Shown here one piece after another: positions 9,411-18,220 of a DNA stretch of 64,000 nucleotides. The DNA is from a phage. A program made the position numbers and the translations under genes. Below the pieces are notes generated by a model, which saw nothing but the letters and a program-made list of their open reading frames with translations, did not search any database and was not told the DNA's origin. Each line of letters begins with the position of its first letter. The first letter of the stretch is position 1. The stretch lies in the NCBI GenBank assembly GCA_026683435.1, contig GCA_026683435.1_4866.1; one strand, 5' to 3'.

Positions 9411-9929
9411 TTAATCAATCTCGCGTTTAGGGCTCCTGTGAAACTTCACTTCAGGATTATCCTTAAATGTTTCCCAGATAAGGGACGCACCACCAAGCTC
9501 TTTGGTTTTCGTGGTGCGCAGGTGTGAGTCGCCGAGCATAACAGCACAACGTCCTTTTGCCATATACTTTTTAATTTTTTCAACCATTTTAGCTTCACGA
9601 ATATAAAAAGAACGGCTAAAGTTTACAGCCATTCCCTTTTTATCCTTGATATCTTTAGCGTAGGTTGCGTCGCTCCAGTCATCGATCCCAATAGCAGGGA
9701 TGCCGAGTTTCTTAGCCAACTCCAGCCCCATGGGCCCAATAGAGTACATCTTCTCCTTTAATGCCTTATCTTGCGCTTTTGCAGTGTGATATTCATACGG
9801 CCCCAGTTCTTCACACAGTAAAAAATCGTATGGTTTTTTCCGATGGTTATCGATGATCGCCCATTCAACACGATTACGATCGGCCGTGGTATGAATTTCC
9901 CCATATATGTCAACACGAATGTCTGTCAT
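9411..9929 (-). CDS. hypothetical protein (172 aa)
   Basis: ORF; its start overlaps the stop of 9926..10135 (ATGA). Confidence 0.5.
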   Translation of the reverse strand: MTDIRVDIYGEIHTTADRNRVEWAIIDNHRKKPYDFLLCEELGPYEYHTAKAQDKALKEKMYSIGPMGLELAKKLGIPAIGIDDWSDATYAKDIKDKKGMAVNFSRSFYIREAKMVEKIKKYMAKGRCAVMLGDSHLRTTKTKELGGASLIWETFKDNPEVKFHRSPKREID

Positions 9930-10135
9930 TTTAATTCCTCAAAAACTATAGACGCCGGCAGCGTACCAAGCGCTGCTTTAATACACGTACTCAGCGGAGT
10001 ATCATCGAACGCAACACGACCGATAGTACCCACGTTGATGTGTTTTGGATTTACGGGTAAGAACTCCTTCGCCCGTTCGTACTCAGCCCAACAGACATCG
10101 GTGTTTAAAGCTGAAAACCCAGGACGGTGAAACAT
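9926..10135 (-). CDS. hypothetical small protein (~69 aa)
   Basis: ORF track 9926..10171; internal ATG at 10133-10135 has SD GAGGGG about 9 nt upstream, whereas the first ATG has none. Confidence 0.4.
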   Translation of the reverse strand: MFHRPGFSALNTDVCWAEYERAKEFLPVNPKHINVGTIGRVAFDDTPLSTCIKAALGTLPASIVFEELK

Positions 10136-10206
10136 AAATAGCACCCCTCGCGTAAAAAATACCCCACTCATAGTGAGGCATAATCGTAAGGAGTGCTAAA
10201 ACAGGA

Positions 10207-10695
10207 CTATGCTACCGCAGTCCTTAAAGGATCATCTGCTTCCGCAGGAACCTGCTTCGTAAATTCAAGCCATTGTCCGTCTGTAGAGACGGTCTTGTCA
10301 AAACCGCGAGCGGTAAAGAACGCAATACCAGCTTCCTGGCAAGCGTATATTCCCCCATGCGCACTGGTGAACTTTTCATTCACATCAAGCGCATCAAAAA
10401 TCTGCGTCATCGTTTTGCGACGGCGTGCCATTTCGGACACGAACATCGTACGAATCTTCAGAACCCCAGCGATTACGCGATAGAGACAGTAACCAACAGG
10501 GGTACCCCCTTCCAGAGCAACACAAGCACGGTTCCCCGCCAACAGTTTCTCCAGAGTGAGGTTCGGAATCTCACCTTTTTCGATATGGAGTATGGTACGT
10601 TGGTGGTTCAGAAATTTATAATGCAGCCCCAACAGCTGTTTATTTTGTGCTTCCGTTAAATCTGAAGATGAGGAAAGAATGACAATTTCGGCCAT
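10207..10695 (-). CDS. hypothetical protein (~163 aa)
   Basis: ORF track 10207..10722; likely start MAEIVILSS at 10693-10695. Confidence 0.45.
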   Translation of the reverse strand: MAEIVILSSSSDLTEAQNKQLLGLHYKFLNHQRTILHIEKGEIPNLTLEKLLAGNRACVALEGGTPVGYCLYRVIAGVLKIRTMFVSEMARRRKTMTQIFDALDVNEKFTSAHGGIYACQEAGIAFFTARGFDKTVSTDGQWLEFTKQVPAEADDPLRTAVA

Positions 10696-11348
10696 GAGCT
10701 GAATTCCTAAGTGAGCTTTCACCTGCGATGAAAGCGAGTAACGAAGAATTGCGTTTGTGTTTTCTTAAGTTTACCGGTAAACTTAAGCGGTGTATACCGC
10801 TGCAGGTAAAGACCAGTTCTCTATCGGAACCGTGTCTTTGATCAACAACGTCGTTGAAAACGCTGCGATGCTGAGGTAACCTTCCGTCGCCACATTCGCT
10901 CATGGCGCTTCTGATTACCACGCCAGTCTTCCCCGACTGTACGTGAAACTGCAAAATCATCCGGCCCGCAGACTTCCGCGATGTCTGCTAGAAGGTTCTT
11001 TGAAGACCCTATAGCCATCCCCGCGCTCGAAAGAACGATACGCCGGGTTGGCACGGCCGCCCCTGAACCCACGACCACGGGATCAGAGACTGTTTCACTG
11101 TTACATGATACTTCTCCCACTTCGTAATTACCCTCCTGTTAAAACCAACCTTGCGTCAATGCAAGGATTGCGCCTAGGGCGTATGCGCCTGCTCCTAGTA
11201 CCAGACTACAGATGATACACCCAACCCACTTCACTAAAATAACCATGATGCCAGAAATGCTCCGATTGCACAGATGATAATCGTAATGCCAAGGTCTGTC
11301 CAGGTGGCACCATCATACGCACCTGTTGCAATCATCGCCGCGTTGACA

Positions 11349-11552
11349 CTATTCACGACTGTCATAAGCCGGGTCCCTTAAACGCGGGGGCTTGCTCCAC
11401 AGATTACCGAAGTAAACCCCTTCTAAGAACACCAAAACAACTAAGCCCCAAAAGGCAGGCGTAGCGCGAGACATGAAAATACCGAGTAGCACCACAGTGT
11501 GCATTACCACAACTGCCCAAAACTTTAAACGACCAGGTTTACGTCTTGCCAT
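11349..11552 (-). CDS. small membrane protein
   Basis: Likely start MARRKPGRLKF, followed by hydrophobic WAVVVMHTVVLLGIFM and FWGLVVLVFLEGVYF. Confidence 0.35.
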   Translation of the reverse strand: MARRKPGRLKFWAVVVMHTVVLLGIFMSRATPAFWGLVVLVFLEGVYFGNLWSKPPRLRDPAYDSRE

Positions 11553-11639
11553 GGAATGCCCATCCTTTCGTGCGGATAATCCAACCCCAGGCACCACGAA
11601 TCAACCACAGTGCAATACCGGTTAATACGATACCTTCAA

Positions 11640-11831
11640 TCATGTCCGTTCTCCTATATCTCGCCACTCACAACGCGTGTCGAACAGACGTTCTTTAAGA
11701 GCAGCAGCTAAATAAACGACCGCAGCGATAACCACTACGGTTGCACAAAAGGAGAGGTACAGTACCATCACAACAAACTGAAGGAACTGAAAACCCCACC
11801 AAGCCCATAAGCGCCAACCGTTATGATGCAT
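11640..11831 (-). CDS. small membrane protein (63 aa)
   Basis: W-rich N-terminus then hydrophobic FVVMVLYLSFCATVVVIAAVVYLAAAL; its start overlaps the stop of the SbcC-like gene. Confidence 0.35.
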   Translation of the reverse strand: MHHNGWRLWAWWGFQFLQFVVMVLYLSFCATVVVIAAVVYLAAALKERLFDTRCEWRDIGERT

Positions 11832-14331
11832 ATTTGATTATTACCCCTTCGTTATAAACCGGTGGAAGCGTTACACCTTCTGGCTCCACGACACAGTAGG
11901 TGGCTTCGTTAAGTTTAGAATGAACTTCCGCTTCATGCGAAACGACCAGCAATTGAGAAAACTCTCCCGACAACGCCAACGATTTAATGAAGTTGACCAG
12001 TCGATTTTTGTGTTCTTCATCCATGCCTTCAGAGGGTTCATCCAATAACAAAGGATAGTTTTGTAAACCAAGCGCTTTATACGCTGTTAAACGAAACATC
12101 ATGTTAAAGATAATACGCTGTGCCTTCGAACCTTTCTTCACATCCGGCACCAGTTCTTCATGGTCTTTTAATCGCACCGGGAAAGTATAATCCAAATCCC
12201 CGTCGGTTAGATCGCATGGAATAACCTGCATCGGATATGCCCATACCGTTTCGATATACCGATTCATTAAATCCATGATGCGGGTAATCGCAGCATAAAA
12301 GTAACGACGCAATAATCCCTTTTCGGGTGAGACGGCATTGATAATCAATCTGGCATGATGGTGTTCTTTGAGCAACTCAGCTTGCTCTTTTTCCAATTCC
12401 GCTAAACGTGCAATAGCCCCTTCCATTTGACGAAACCGTTCACGAGCGGAAGTGTACGCATCGAGCTTCGCTTCGCGTCGGTTTAACAACTCGCGAACCA
12501 CGACGTTGTTAACGGAGATGTTCATTTCCGATACCAGATGTTCGTAGCCTTTTTGGAAACGTTCGATTGCTTCTTTGGTTTGTTGCAGTTGGGTGGTTTC
12601 GCGTTCCAGCACATTGGCTTGTCTGCGGTATTCTATCAGTCGACGGTTAGCCCCGTCCAGTTGTGAACGGATATGTTCAATTTTCTGGCTCAGCGCACCA
12701 TCAACGTTACCTACTGCGGCAACAGCCTCTTGCCATTCCCGTTCCGCTGTTGCAAGCTTCTCCGATTGACGCAGATACATCATGGCCGAATCTAGCTCTT
12801 CAGTAAAGGCACGTGCAATGGCACCGTAACGATCCCGCGCCATGGTGAAGATATCCAGCTCCTGCAGTTTACGGAAAAACAAACCGACAACGGGATGGTT
12901 GGAATACGACATGACGATTTCGCGAATCGTACGTAAGCTACGGACGTCCTCTTCAATCTCTTTGCGGTCACGCAAAAGACTATCCATTTCGTCTTTCAGC
13001 TGCTTCTTCCAACCTTCATTATCGTTGATGGCCTTTTCAATTTCAGGTAACGACTTACGAATCCCAGGACGGAAACGGTGGTTACACTGTGGACAATCAA
13101 CTTCTGCAGTTTCTAAGAAGTGTTGACGGTCGTGGTATAAACCGTGTAGCACATTCTCACAACGTTGCAGCTTTTCAGATAGACCCGCAGAGGTTAAATC
13201 CATACCCTGTAAACGCTTCTCTAACGCTCCCAGGCGCTCTGTTGTCTTTAACTGGTCCAGATGCATGGACAACGGTAAATTCCAGTTACAGGCATCGTTT
13301 AACGCGTTCTGAATGCTATCCACATCGATGCGGGTGCCTTCAAACAGAGCCGGGAACATCCAGTTCTGTTGGAACGTTGCCAGTTCCTGTTTTAAGCTGT
13401 CGATTGTTTGTTTTAGACCGGTATGGTTGCGCATCAGATATGCTTGACGCGACTCCTCATCCAGTAGCTGTGACAACTCTTTATTGTACATGTTGCATTC
13501 AGTTTCAGCAGAGGCCGCTTGCTCACGCCAGGCAACCACACGACTTTGAAACTCGTTAATCAGTTCGTCAGAAGGCAGAACGCCATAACGTTCCATAATG
13601 AGTTTTACAGCCGGTTGCAACGAGGCAATGCGTTTCCGGATACTATCAACCGAAACGGCGTTATCTAAACCGGGTCTCGCTTCAATGGTGCGGTTTAGTT
13701 CCTGAAGCTCAACGTCCAGTTCTTTCAAACGAACTTCTAAACGTGCACGATCTTCTTCATCGTCCACCACGCGCATTTTTGCCTCACCGATTTTACGGCC
13801 GGTGTGCTCAATGGCCCCACTTAAACTGGAAGCGAGTTTACGCAGACGACGATAACAACCAACGACGTACGTCAGATCAGATTCTGACATTAACGTAAAC
13901 CATTTACGACGAACTTCAGTGGTAGCGTCTGTTAATAAGGTTTCACCGTTAATTAACTCTTTGATTTCTTTGGTGATCCCGGTTAACTGTTCCACCATGG
14001 AGTTGTAAACTTTGGCGTTTACCGAGTCTACGACGGAGACACCTTTAGTGATGTTGAAGATACTACAAGACAGAGAAGAGCCACGACGCAGGACTTCAAA
14101 CTTAAGACGGTCGTCCCCAACTAACGCGTAGTTAGTGTAGGAACCACCTTCACGGAATTCTGATTTTGCTGGAGCTAAGGGGAGAAAAACAGATAGGAGG
14201 CTTGTTTTACCGCAGCCGTTGCCACCGAGGATGATGGTAACGGTTGACTTAAGGGTGAAATCAAACGTTTCGATTTCATGTAACCCCATGCCGGTAAATC
14301 CTTTCAAAATGATACGTTCGACCTTGAGCAT
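11821..14331 (-). CDS. SbcC/Rad50-like recombination ATPase
   Basis: N-terminal Walker A GGNGCGKTS; long central coiled-coil with CPQC zinc hook near its middle; C-terminal Walker B LLLDEPSEG and H-loop VVSHEA. Confidence 0.75.
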   Translation of the reverse strand: MLKVERIILKGFTGMGLHEIETFDFTLKSTVTIILGGNGCGKTSLLSVFLPLAPAKSEFREGGSYTNYALVGDDRLKFEVLRRGSSLSCSIFNITKGVSVVDSVNAKVYNSMVEQLTGITKEIKELINGETLLTDATTEVRRKWFTLMSESDLTYVVGCYRRLRKLASSLSGAIEHTGRKIGEAKMRVVDDEEDRARLEVRLKELDVELQELNRTIEARPGLDNAVSVDSIRKRIASLQPAVKLIMERYGVLPSDELINEFQSRVVAWREQAASAETECNMYNKELSQLLDEESRQAYLMRNHTGLKQTIDSLKQELATFQQNWMFPALFEGTRIDVDSIQNALNDACNWNLPLSMHLDQLKTTERLGALEKRLQGMDLTSAGLSEKLQRCENVLHGLYHDRQHFLETAEVDCPQCNHRFRPGIRKSLPEIEKAINDNEGWKKQLKDEMDSLLRDRKEIEEDVRSLRTIREIVMSYSNHPVVGLFFRKLQELDIFTMARDRYGAIARAFTEELDSAMMYLRQSEKLATAEREWQEAVAAVGNVDGALSQKIEHIRSQLDGANRRLIEYRRQANVLERETTQLQQTKEAIERFQKGYEHLVSEMNISVNNVVVRELLNRREAKLDAYTSARERFRQMEGAIARLAELEKEQAELLKEHHHARLIINAVSPEKGLLRRYFYAAITRIMDLMNRYIETVWAYPMQVIPCDLTDGDLDYTFPVRLKDHEELVPDVKKGSKAQRIIFNMMFRLTAYKALGLQNYPLLLDEPSEGMDEEHKNRLVNFIKSLALSGEFSQLLVVSHEAEVHSKLNEATYCVVEPEGVTLPPVYNEGVIIKYAS

Positions 14332-14379
14332 GTTTGCCTTCTAATGAGAAAGTATTAGTCGTTCATATCCAAAAGGTCA

Positions 14380-14416
14380 TGCGTAAAAAAGAAGAAATGG
14401 AACCCCGAAGGGTTCC
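14380..14416 (-). terminator. rho-independent terminator
   Basis: Stem GGAACCC / GGGTTCC with loop CGAA; minus strand continues ATTTCTTCTTTTTTAC. Confidence 0.6.
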
Positions 14417-14427
14417 AGAGAGGAGAG

Positions 14428-15054
14428 TTATTGCGGAATAAACTTACGGTGTCCGAGTGATTCCCAAAAACTATCGGTGCGCTCTTTGGTTAATTCATAC
14501 CACGCCCGCCCGGCATCAGAATCGACAACCTTTAACGTTTCAGTAAGCAGGAATTTGAACAGTTCGGCACTACGACCGGGTGCCACGCCGTCGAGATATA
14601 TCGGGATTAAATAACCGGTTTTGATTTCTTCGTACGCTTGCGATTGGTGCTGGCCAACAACCCAGGCATCAGCAGCGCTACCGACCAAAGTGGTGTTTAC
14701 AGTCAACTCATCAGAAATCCAGTTAACTGTATCAGCCATTATTGAATCGCCATTGACGTAGAAGAAAACCAAACGCTTAGGTTGCTCCACCGAACCAGCC
14801 AAATCTAATGCGGTGGTTCCGGTAAAGATCGTATTGTTAGGGTTACGTTCTGCAATAGGTAGAGCAAACCACGCTTCTAGCTGTTCCCAGCTACGCGGCA
14901 GTGCTTCTTTAAACCACTTCACCAATCGCGGGTATTCCAGAAACCCTTCTACCTCTTCTTCCATCAGATTGATACGCAGTTTGGTATCCCGACGATTCGC
15001 TTTCTGACACGTCACCATGTCGTCGATGAAACGAATCAGGGTAATCTCGTTCAT
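14428..15054 (-). CDS. hypothetical protein (208 aa)
   Basis: ORF flanked by terminators; no phosphoesterase (Mre11/SbcD) motifs seen. Confidence 0.5.
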   Translation of the reverse strand: MNEITLIRFIDDMVTCQKANRRDTKLRINLMEEEVEGFLEYPRLVKWFKEALPRSWEQLEAWFALPIAERNPNNTIFTGTTALDLAGSVEQPKRLVFFYVNGDSIMADTVNWISDELTVNTTLVGSAADAWVVGQHQSQAYEEIKTGYLIPIYLDGVAPGRSAELFKFLLTETLKVVDSDAGRAWYELTKERTDSFWESLGHRKFIPQ

Positions 15055-15065
15055 GTTTAATCCTT

Positions 15066-15100
15066 CTTCAACAAAAAAAGAAGGTAGCCCGTAGGCTACC
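15066..15100 (-). terminator. rho-independent terminator
   Basis: Stem AGGTAGCC / GGCTACCT with loop CGTA; minus strand followed by TCTTTTTTTGTTG. Confidence 0.65.
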
Positions 15101-15108
15101 TCTCGTAT

Positions 15109-15609
15109 TTACAGCCCCATATGCATAAGGGAAATGATTGGGACCTTATGGCCACGAATCATTGCATACGGTTCGTACATTTGTGCGTTGGTTTCGAATA
15201 ACTCACAGGCCGGAATACGGTCACCGGTAGAGAGTTGTAAGACCTCAATTTGGTCGCCCCAGAAGTTATTCACTAATACGTGGTCGACGGTGTTGTCTTC
15301 ACGACCTTCAGGGGTGCTACGATAGGTGGCTGCATCGTACCAACCTTTGCGGTATACTTCATATCCCGCGTGAAGCATCCGGTAGTACGGACGTAGCTGT
15401 GGGGCATTCAACGCAGCATCTAACCATTCGCTGTGGATGCTGTTAATCAGTACAGTTGCTTCTGCTGGCCAGTCGGTGCGATTGAGGGTTAACTCGCCTA
15501 ACAACTTCAACTTCCAACCAGTAGAAAGAATAGCACGGGTACGTTCAGGGTTAACGTTCATCTGAGTAAAGAAAGAAGAACGGGTATCGTCGAGAATGTT
15601 CATGTTCAT
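15109..15609 (-). CDS. hypothetical protein (~166 aa)
   Basis: ORF track 15109..15675; ATG at 15607-15609 is preceded by SD TAAGGAT. Confidence 0.5.
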   Translation of the reverse strand: MNMNILDDTRSSFFTQMNVNPERTRAILSTGWKLKLLGELTLNRTDWPAEATVLINSIHSEWLDAALNAPQLRPYYRMLHAGYEVYRKGWYDAATYRSTPEGREDNTVDHVLVNNFWGDQIEVLQLSTGDRIPACELFETNAQMYEPYAMIRGHKVPIISLMHMGL

Positions 15610-15629
15610 TTGCTTAATCCTTACGGGTA

Positions 15630-15639
15630 ATAGTCGATT
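15630..15639 (-). promoter_or_regulatory. recurrent AATCGACTAT motif (1 of 3), candidate promoter element
   Basis: Minus-strand AATCGACTAT 21-30 nt upstream of ATG 15609; the same 10-mer recurs at 16578-16587 and 17459-17468. Confidence 0.25.
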
Positions 15640-15709
15640 AAAAAGGACCCTGCGGCTAAGTGTTGGGGAAATCACCGCAGGGCCAAAGTGAGATGGGTCG
15701 TCATCTCAC
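15636..15709 (-). terminator. tandem hairpins, probable terminator
   Basis: Inverted repeats GTGAGATG..CATCTCAC and GACCCTGCGG..CCGCAGGG downstream of stop at 15739; minus strand then TCCTTTTTAA. Confidence 0.4.
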
Positions 15710-15738
15710 GTTATAACATCTGTCTGAAAACTTTTCGG

Positions 15739-16122
15739 TTACTGGTCGAGCGCTATTGAACCACGCACTTCGCCTTGTTGTTCAATAACCAGGAGGCGCT
15801 GTTTGGTTTTCGTATTGTAAGCGAGCGACGCGCGAAGCGTCGGGTCGCACGTTATTGTCTCTACTGGCACAATCTCTTGTGCCTTTGAGTTCAACAGAAA
15901 GTAATAACCTGCCGGACAAGTTTCCTCGCCCTTTGCGTGGACTAGGATGTACTCGTCGTGCCGGCTGACTTCTTCACATCTACCATCGTCGCCAGTACAG
16001 ACTTCGAACGAAGGCGGGTTGTACTGATACGGTGTGCCTGGTAGTAAATCTTCTACGCTGGTTGTAGCTGAAGCAGAAGCGGTCAAGAACACCGCCGCGA
16101 TAATACCCATAAATCCACGCAT
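15739..16122 (-). CDS. secreted small protein (signal peptide, Cys-containing)
   Basis: N-terminus MRGFMGIIAAVFLTASASA; six Cys in the mature part. Confidence 0.5.
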   Translation of the reverse strand: MRGFMGIIAAVFLTASASATTSVEDLLPGTPYQYNPPSFEVCTGDDGRCEEVSRHDEYILVHAKGEETCPAGYYFLLNSKAQEIVPVETITCDPTLRASLAYNTKTKQRLLVIEQQGEVRGSIALDQ

Positions 16123-16135
16123 GTTGTTTCCTTAC

Positions 16136-16546
16136 TTAAAAGTCGAGTTTATTGATGCCCACGTTTTTCTTAATCGTAGGGTCGTACATGATAACCGTCA
16201 GGGCATTGTCGCCTGGGTCGCGAGTAAACTCGGCAACGGCTTCACCACTGCAGGCTTGGTTATCATTATAGTTCATGGATTCGGCTTGCCCGGTTGCCAT
16301 GTTAATGACCCCGTATTCAGGGTCGCCACATGCGACACCGCCCATCGTTTTCACTAACAGATAACGGTTGTTATCGGACATCGCAACGATCTGGCAGCTA
16401 CCGCCTTGTACGTCAGAGTTCTGGCACCAGAACTCTCCGCCGTATTCGTGATCGTTAACAACTTTTGGTAACTCGATACTTCCAGCACGAGCGAAGAAGC
16501 TAATGGCCAGAGTAGCAAGTAAAACTGGTAATAAAAAATGTTTCAT
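16136..16546 (-). CDS. secreted small protein (signal peptide, Cys-containing)
   Basis: N-terminus MKHFLLPVLLATLAISFFARA; SD GAGGTG upstream. Confidence 0.55.
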   Translation of the reverse strand: MKHFLLPVLLATLAISFFARAGSIELPKVVNDHEYGGEFWCQNSDVQGGSCQIVAMSDNNRYLLVKTMGGVACGDPEYGVINMATGQAESMNYNDNQACSGEAVAEFTRDPGDNALTVIMYDPTIKKNVGINKLDF

Positions 16547-16568
16547 AATAGCACCTCAATTTTTTGAG

Positions 16569-17060
16569 TTATTCTGAATAGTCGATTGTTTTGATGGTTT
16601 CCATACCGTAGTACATAGCGATGGAGGCCAGAGTTTTGGTATCCGGTCGCTGTACAAAACCGGCCCTGAAATCTTTGCTGCAAATTTTCTCCACTGATAG
16701 TTCATCACGATTAGGGATAAGCCATAACGCGTCACCGTTGTGACGGTCGACTGCACCCCACCAACCTCCTGGGCAATCTTTATCGCCCGGACGGTGTACG
16801 ATAGCGACACGACCGTTGAAGGATATGTCAACTACACGACACTGTTTCTTAAGCAGCTTACGCGCATTGCACCAGAACGGCTTATCATTAAGATTGATGG
16901 TGCGGGTATATGCTGGAATGCTGCCGTTAATACTGCCCTGGAACCCGCTGAATTCGTCAGCGCGTGCCTTAGAAATCCGTAGCCCAACAACAACTGCCAT
17001 CAACAGCACAGTAAAAAGCACCACTTTGGCCAAGTGGCGATTAACGTTATTGCATTTCAT
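16569..17060 (-). CDS. secreted or membrane-anchored small protein
   Basis: ORF track 16569..17105; likely start MKCNNVNRHLAKVVLFTVLLMAVVVGL (signal/anchor) at 17058-17060 with SD GGAGAT. Confidence 0.5.
   Translation of the reverse strand: MKCNNVNRHLAKVVLFTVLLMAVVVGLRISKARADEFSGFQGSINGSIPAYTRTINLNDKPFWCNARKLLKKQCRVVDISFNGRVAIVHRPGDKDCPGGWWGAVDRHNGDALWLIPNRDELSVEKICSKDFRAGFVQRPDTKTLASIAMYYGMETIKTIDYSE
16578..16587 (-). promoter_or_regulatory. recurrent AATCGACTAT motif (2 of 3)
   Basis: Lies in the 3' end of 16569..17060, 32-41 nt upstream of ATG 16546. Confidence 0.25.
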
Positions 17061-17448
17061 TTTTGATATCTCCACGAATGAGGGTGATGCGACCAACGAG
17101 CACATCGTTGTGATAAAAACTCACAGCAACCAGATCTGGTAATTCCAACGGTGATACGCTGACCGAAGTGACTTTTGGTTGATCGCACGATATGTCGATT
17201 AACCGCTGATACATTTTCAATTTCTTATCAGCGATAACCAGCCCTGTGCAGTTCTTACCGTCCGTCAGTCTGTAGATTTGTAACTGTTCGACCTCACGCA
17301 TCAGTTCCGGTTTTTCATTCGGCGCAATGCCATAATCCGAATCAGCTGATGTGTATTCAGTCACGTCTGGCTTATCGAAAGCATAAGTTGCTGCAATGCC
17401 ACATGCGGCCAGAACTACTACTGCTTGTAAGAACTTCTTGATAGTCAT
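17047..17448 (-). CDS. putative lipoprotein
   Basis: N-terminus MTIKKFLQAVVVLAACG with lipobox-like LAAC. Confidence 0.5.
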   Translation of the reverse strand: MTIKKFLQAVVVLAACGIAATYAFDKPDVTEYTSADSDYGIAPNEKPELMREVEQLQIYRLTDGKNCTGLVIADKKLKMYQRLIDISCDQPKVTSVSVSPLELPDLVAVSFYHNDVLVGRITLIRGDIKNEMQ

Positions 17449-17458
17449 GTTTTACTCT

Positions 17459-17468
17459 ATAGTCGATT
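17459..17468 (-). promoter_or_regulatory. recurrent AATCGACTAT motif (3 of 3)
   Basis: Between terminator 17471-17502 and ATG 17448; minus strand reads CAATCGACTATAGAGTAAAACATG. Confidence 0.25.
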
Positions 17469-17470
17469 GG

Positions 17471-17502
17471 TTTAAAAAAGAATAGGCTACCCGAGGGTAG
17501 CC
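17471..17502 (-). terminator. rho-independent terminator
   Basis: Stem GGCTACC / GGTAGCC; minus strand followed by TATTCTTTTTTAAA. Confidence 0.65.
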
Positions 17503-17553
17503 AGTTGAGTTAATCTCTTAACTCTCACCTAGGTAATATATATCTGAGATATT

Positions 17554-18141
17554 TTACAATGTGAACGTTGTGTTAAGAATACGAAAACCCAACGCACGCT
17601 TAGCGATTTGCATATTTGCAGGCGTAAAGTCCACCAGTTTGATTTGAACGATCGATAAATCGTAAAGCTTGTGAAGCACTTCGATTTTGTGTCGCCAATC
17701 TGTTTTTTGGTGCAGCTCTATCGTCGTTGGTATCTCGCCTAGTCTCGGCAACTGTGCTCCAAGTAAACGATGGTGGACTTTACCGTTTATAGTTGGAGTG
17801 CCTTCCGTGACCATCAGCCGCGCATCGATGTAGTTATTTCGCTTAGCGTATTCCATAAAAGTTTTGACGTTTATCTTTTCCTCGTATAGAATGCTGCGAA
17901 AGTATTCGTAAATGATGTGTCCCGCCACCTTACCACTTTCCGAGTCCGGAATAACCTTATCGATGAAAATCGCAGAGACCACTTCGCTCCCACGCGAATG
18001 CATTGTAATGACCCTATCCCCGTGCTGTGCGGCAGTTAATAATCCACTCACATCAAGCCCCACCGGAAACAAGCCACGACTACGCATTACGTGCAGGTCT
18101 TCTAACTTGTTCTCTTGCAGTCGTAAAATACGTTCTGTCAT
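17554..18141 (-). CDS. hypothetical protein (~195 aa)
   Basis: ORF track 17554..18150 starts at GTG; ATG at 18139-18141 with SD GAGGTG 7 nt upstream. Confidence 0.5.
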   Translation of the reverse strand: MTERILRLQENKLEDLHVMRSRGLFPVGLDVSGLLTAAQHGDRVITMHSRGSEVVSAIFIDKVIPDSESGKVAGHIIYEYFRSILYEEKINVKTFMEYAKRNNYIDARLMVTEGTPTINGKVHHRLLGAQLPRLGEIPTTIELHQKTDWRHKIEVLHKLYDLSIVQIKLVDFTPANMQIAKRALGFRILNTTFTL

Positions 18142-18170
18142 ATACCACACCTCAAATTAATTTGAGTTAA

Positions 18171-18215
18171 GTGTAAAAAATAAGAGGACTCCAGTAACCC
18201 TCGTGGTTACTGGAG
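18171..18215 (-). terminator. rho-independent terminator
   Basis: Stem CTCCAGTAACC / GGTTACTGGAG; minus strand followed by TCCTCTTATTTTTTAC. Confidence 0.7.
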
Positions 18216-18220
18216 ATAAA

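Noticed and set aside
10640-11120. Two overlapping minus ORFs (10640..10960 and 10842..11120)
   Set aside because: They overlap each other and the neighbouring gene in different frames. 10842..11120 has a possible GTG start with GGAGGG upstream, but I could not decide which frame, if any, is real.
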